Assembly (NCBI GenBank): GCA_963737155.1
Contig: CAVTRN010000002.1
Location: 2,048,001 to 2,112,000 of the forward strand
Source: Nitrospirota bacterium
GTDB lineage: Bacteria; Nitrospirota; UBA9217
DNA length: 64,000 bases
Direction: 5' to 3'
The notes beneath the pieces are model-generated. The model searched no databases, was not told where the DNA came from, and saw only the letters and a program-made list of their open reading frames with translations. The position numbers were made by a program, and so were the translations under genes. Shown piece by piece: positions 61,221 through 64,000 of the stretch. Within the stretch, counting starts at the first letter, position 1. The number at the start of each line of letters is the position of its first letter.

Positions 61221-62579
61221 CCGTCATTCGTGTTTAAGTTGAAAGCCTTGGGTTAAGCAGTCCGCAATGCTGGTGGATCTTGAGTAAAAAGTACTTTACG
61301 TCTTTATAGCCGTATGCCATGCGCTTTAAACGCTTTATTTTGTTGTTGATGCCCTCGGAGATCGCTGTTGTTATTTTGCAGAGAAAGTAGTTCAGTACAA
61401 AATGCCTTTTCCTAAAGAACTTGAACCCAAGTTCGATGAACGGCGGAATCTTCGAGGTAATGGCTGAAACAATCCACTGGCGGAGATTTTTTTGAGCTGT
61501 GGTGCGGTCAGGCGATGTGTAGATCGTCAGGAACTGGTCTTTGAGCAGCATAGCCTTATAAATGGGGTCATTGAGATCAGCAAGCTTATCAAGGAGATTC
61601 TCTTTCCTCTTTGATGGTTTGTTCTGCATCAGGATAAAGCGTTTGTTGCAATGGAGGAGCGAGGCGAGATCGGTATTCTTCTCCTTCCGGGCTTTGTTCA
61701 GCTCCTCCTTACGCACTGTGTCTACAGCATCGTTTAAGTATTTCTTGACGTGGAAGTGGTCAAGAACGATCAACGCGTTTTTTGCATGTTCCTGGGTGGC
61801 CGACAGAAACCCGCGAGCACCATCACTGGCGACGGCCTCGATGGCGGCGCAGGATTCCTCACCCAGAGCATCATAGAAGGAATCGAGTACGGATTTGCCT
61901 CGGCCATCATGATTCCAGATGACCTTGCGTTTTTCGATGTCCACCACGTTGGTGACATAGTGATGCCACTTTTGCCAGGCTACCTCGTCAACGCTCATAT
62001 ATGTGGGCGAGGGAACCGGCGAAAGCTTTTCCCGGGCAAGTTCTTCGAGGCGCTGCCGGTCGATCCGGTAGACCACCTCGTCATCGAGGCCGAGAAACCA
62101 TCCTGCTTCCTGATTGGTGGTGATGGAAGTAAGACGGTATACCTGTTCGGCAAATCGCTTGGTGAACCGGCCCCTGAGCCAGTCAAGTTCCTCGACCCGT
62201 CTGCTGTCGTCTTCGATGCAGAGGGACTTGCGTTTCGGGATGTGCAAGAACACTCGTTTGCCGCTTATGGGGAGGTCCTCGACGATGATCACTCCTATGC
62301 TGTGTACCGGTGTGTTGTGGACGTGACCGCAACCAGAGCAGACGGCAGGAGTGAATGCGGACTGTTCCAACAACAAATCGAGGCGGTTGTCTGAATGATT
62401 GACCATATGACTCACGTGATAGTTTGGAATTGCAAGCAGTTCTGTGATAGTATGGAGCTGCATCGGATTTTCCTTTCTGAGAAAAGTTTGGTCGGGAAAC
62501 CTAACTTTACCAGAATTGGTTAATCCGATGTCTCTTTTTTACAACACTACGGCATTTTCAACTTTTATACGAAAGAACC
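61221..62579 (-). mobile_element. ISL3-family insertion sequence, 1359 bp, with an 8-bp target duplication
   Basis: Imperfect IRs GGTTCTTTCGTATAAAAGTTGAAA / CCGTCATTCGTGTTTAAGTTGAAA; TAAATTTA at 61213-61220 and 62580-62587. Confidence 0.92.
61234..62463 (-). CDS. ISL3-family transposase
   Basis: CSGCG Zn finger, SVDE, VASD, LDHFHV, SEGINNKIKRLKRMAYGY. Confidence 0.95.
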   Translation of the reverse strand: MQLHTITELLAIPNYHVSHMVNHSDNRLDLLLEQSAFTPAVCSGCGHVHNTPVHSIGVIIVEDLPISGKRVFLHIPKRKSLCIEDDSRRVEELDWLRGRFTKRFAEQVYRLTSITTNQEAGWFLGLDDEVVYRIDRQRLEELAREKLSPVPSPTYMSVDEVAWQKWHHYVTNVVDIEKRKVIWNHDGRGKSVLDSFYDALGEESCAAIEAVASDGARGFLSATQEHAKNALIVLDHFHVKKYLNDAVDTVRKEELNKARKEKNTDLASLLHCNKRFILMQNKPSKRKENLLDKLADLNDPIYKAMLLKDQFLTIYTSPDRTTAQKNLRQWIVSAITSKIPPFIELGFKFFRKRHFVLNYFLCKITTAISEGINNKIKRLKRMAYGYKDVKYFLLKIHQHCGLLNPRLST

Positions 62580-62615
62580 TAAATTTATGCCATGATGGAT
62601 TTCAGGAGGGATTCC

Positions 62616-63518
62616 ATGATAAAGTCTTTCGCGATGCGGCTTGTTTATGCGATGCTTCTGGTTACGCTTGTGGCTTGTGGTGGCGGCAAAGAACCCACAG
62701 AGAGCGGGCTGTTTGGTGTTATTTGGTCAGGGACTCAATTTGTGGGAGTGGGAAGCAGCGGTATGATCCGCACCTCCCCCGATGGAGTGTCGTGGACCTC
62801 CCAGAATTCCGGCACAGCGGAGTCACTGCTCAACATTGCATGGTCCGGAACGCAATTTACGGCGGTGGGCAATCATGGGACCATTCTCACTTCTCCTGAC
62901 GGAGTAACGTGGACCACGCAGACCTCGGGAACTATCAGTGACCTCTACGGTGTTGCCTGGTCCGGGTTGCAGTTCGCAACAGTCGGCGATGCCGGTATCA
63001 TTTTTACCTCACCAACAGGAACGCAATGGACTCTGTCGACATCGGGCACTTCCATAAGTCTCTACGGCCTTGCCTGGTCCGGGACACAGTTCGTTGCTGT
63101 CGGGTATGACGGCGTAATCCTTACCTCTCCAGACACCGTTACCTGGACTGTGCGAACTTCGGGCGTTACCGAGCCTCTCGGCGGCATAATCTGGTCCGGG
63201 ACACAGTTTGTGGCGATAGGAAATAATGGCGCTATTCTTACCTCCCCTGATGGAGAGACGTGGACAGAACAAACATCCGGAGTAACAAACGGCCTGAGCG
63301 GGCTTGCGTGGTCCGGGACACAGTTCGTCGCCGTAGGGGACACGGGAACCATCCTTACTTCTCCTGATGCTGTAACATGGACGCTCCGGTCTTCGGGCAC
63401 ATCAATGTCCCTCTTTGGCGTTGCTTGGTCCGGAGCCCAATCTCAGTTTGTAGCGGTGGGATGGTGTAACGTCATCCTCACCTCCCCGGACGGGGTAACG
63501 TGGACAAAACATTCTTAG
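62616..63518 (+). CDS. Lipoprotein built of ~40-aa beta-propeller repeats (about 7 blades)
   Basis: AGGAGG RBS; lipobox LVAC; repeats L.G.AWSGTQFVAVG..GTILTSPDGVTWT..TSG. Confidence 0.88.
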   Translation: MIKSFAMRLVYAMLLVTLVACGGGKEPTESGLFGVIWSGTQFVGVGSSGMIRTSPDGVSWTSQNSGTAESLLNIAWSGTQFTAVGNHGTILTSPDGVTWTTQTSGTISDLYGVAWSGLQFATVGDAGIIFTSPTGTQWTLSTSGTSISLYGLAWSGTQFVAVGYDGVILTSPDTVTWTVRTSGVTEPLGGIIWSGTQFVAIGNNGAILTSPDGETWTEQTSGVTNGLSGLAWSGTQFVAVGDTGTILTSPDAVTWTLRSSGTSMSLFGVAWSGAQSQFVAVGWCNVILTSPDGVTWTKHS

Positions 63519-63557
63519 GTCTTTGCGTGGAGCGCGACCGGCGTTGAGTGCACAAGA

Positions 63558-63700
63558 GTGAATTACCCCGCAGCAAGCTGCGGGGCATCGGAACTTGAAA
63601 CCTTAAAAAAGCACAACAAAGAAGCTGAAGACTTATCCTGGCTTCGCCAGGATGTCCTTTTCATCCCAGCAGCAAGCTGCTGGGTATTTCAGGACTGTTT
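63558..63700. mobile_element. Non-autonomous IS200/IS605-type miniature element (PATE-like)
   Basis: Paired end hairpins GTGAATTACCCCGCAGC-AA-GCTGCGGGGCATC and TTCATCCCAGCAGC-AA-GCTGCTGGGTATT about 100 bp apart, with no transposase. Confidence 0.72.
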
Positions 63701-64000
63701 TATAAATTTTAGTATGATCTATGCTCTCATACATAAGAACTTTTATTGCTTGGCATGATGATAATTGAAGATCACCCTTAATTTTTTCCCCTCGTATTCA
63801 TTAACCGCCTCATAGTAAAGTGATATATTTATGTGAGTAAAACTGTTTTCAAAATGCACTACGAGAAGAAGAATTCGCGTTATTTCACAAAACGGCTCAT
63901 GGCACCCTTCTGTGGGTAAAAGACCACGGATGGAATCGATTCATCCAGGGAGTGCAGGCCTGAATGATCTTCAAATCTAGATAGGCATTGTCTCGATAAC

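Noticed and set aside
62700-63510. ~120-bp periodic repeats as a possible CRISPR array
   Set aside because: In-frame degenerate protein repeats (beta-propeller blades), with no unique spacers or cas genes
1-64000. rRNA or tRNA genes, including tRNA-Sec
   Set aside because: No cloverleaf or rRNA-like sequence recognised by eye; tRNAscan-SE would be needed to exclude them formally

Overview
Bacterial accessory-rich region; gene content suggests an anaerobic Nitrospirota/Desulfobacterota-like organism (inference only). From left to right: a glycogen cluster (glgX partial, glgP, pgm, glgB) with decayed tkt/tal remnants; two near-identical inverted copies of a 1657-bp mobile element with no terminal inverted repeats and a Rep_trans-like protein; two unannotated His-rich mini-lipoproteins; UspA, MFS and ssb; an in-frame-UGA (SECIS-supported) thioredoxin-like/MerB fusion; a hyi-garR-livKHMGF-larA-like operon with about nine +1 insertions (probably sequence errors); a two-route glucosylglycerate operon; a minus-strand block of PEP-CTERM protein, HupE/UreJ, pentapeptide protein, metallophosphoesterase, TPR membrane protein, 64-aa GYNPNSSS peptide, radical SAM/SPASM enzyme and TonB receptor, preceded by a c-di-GMP-I riboswitch and a duplicated unknown structured RNA with terminator; a divergent exbBD-tonB-TBDR operon; an ISL3 with an 8-bp target duplication; and a beta-propeller lipoprotein. 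I found no rRNA, tRNA or CRISPR array. Best candidates for undescribed systems: the CTAA-bounded Rep-like transposon, the rSAM/NSSS-peptide/TPR operon, the Sec-MerB fusion and the tandem leader RNA. All family assignments come from motif recognition by eye, not database searches.
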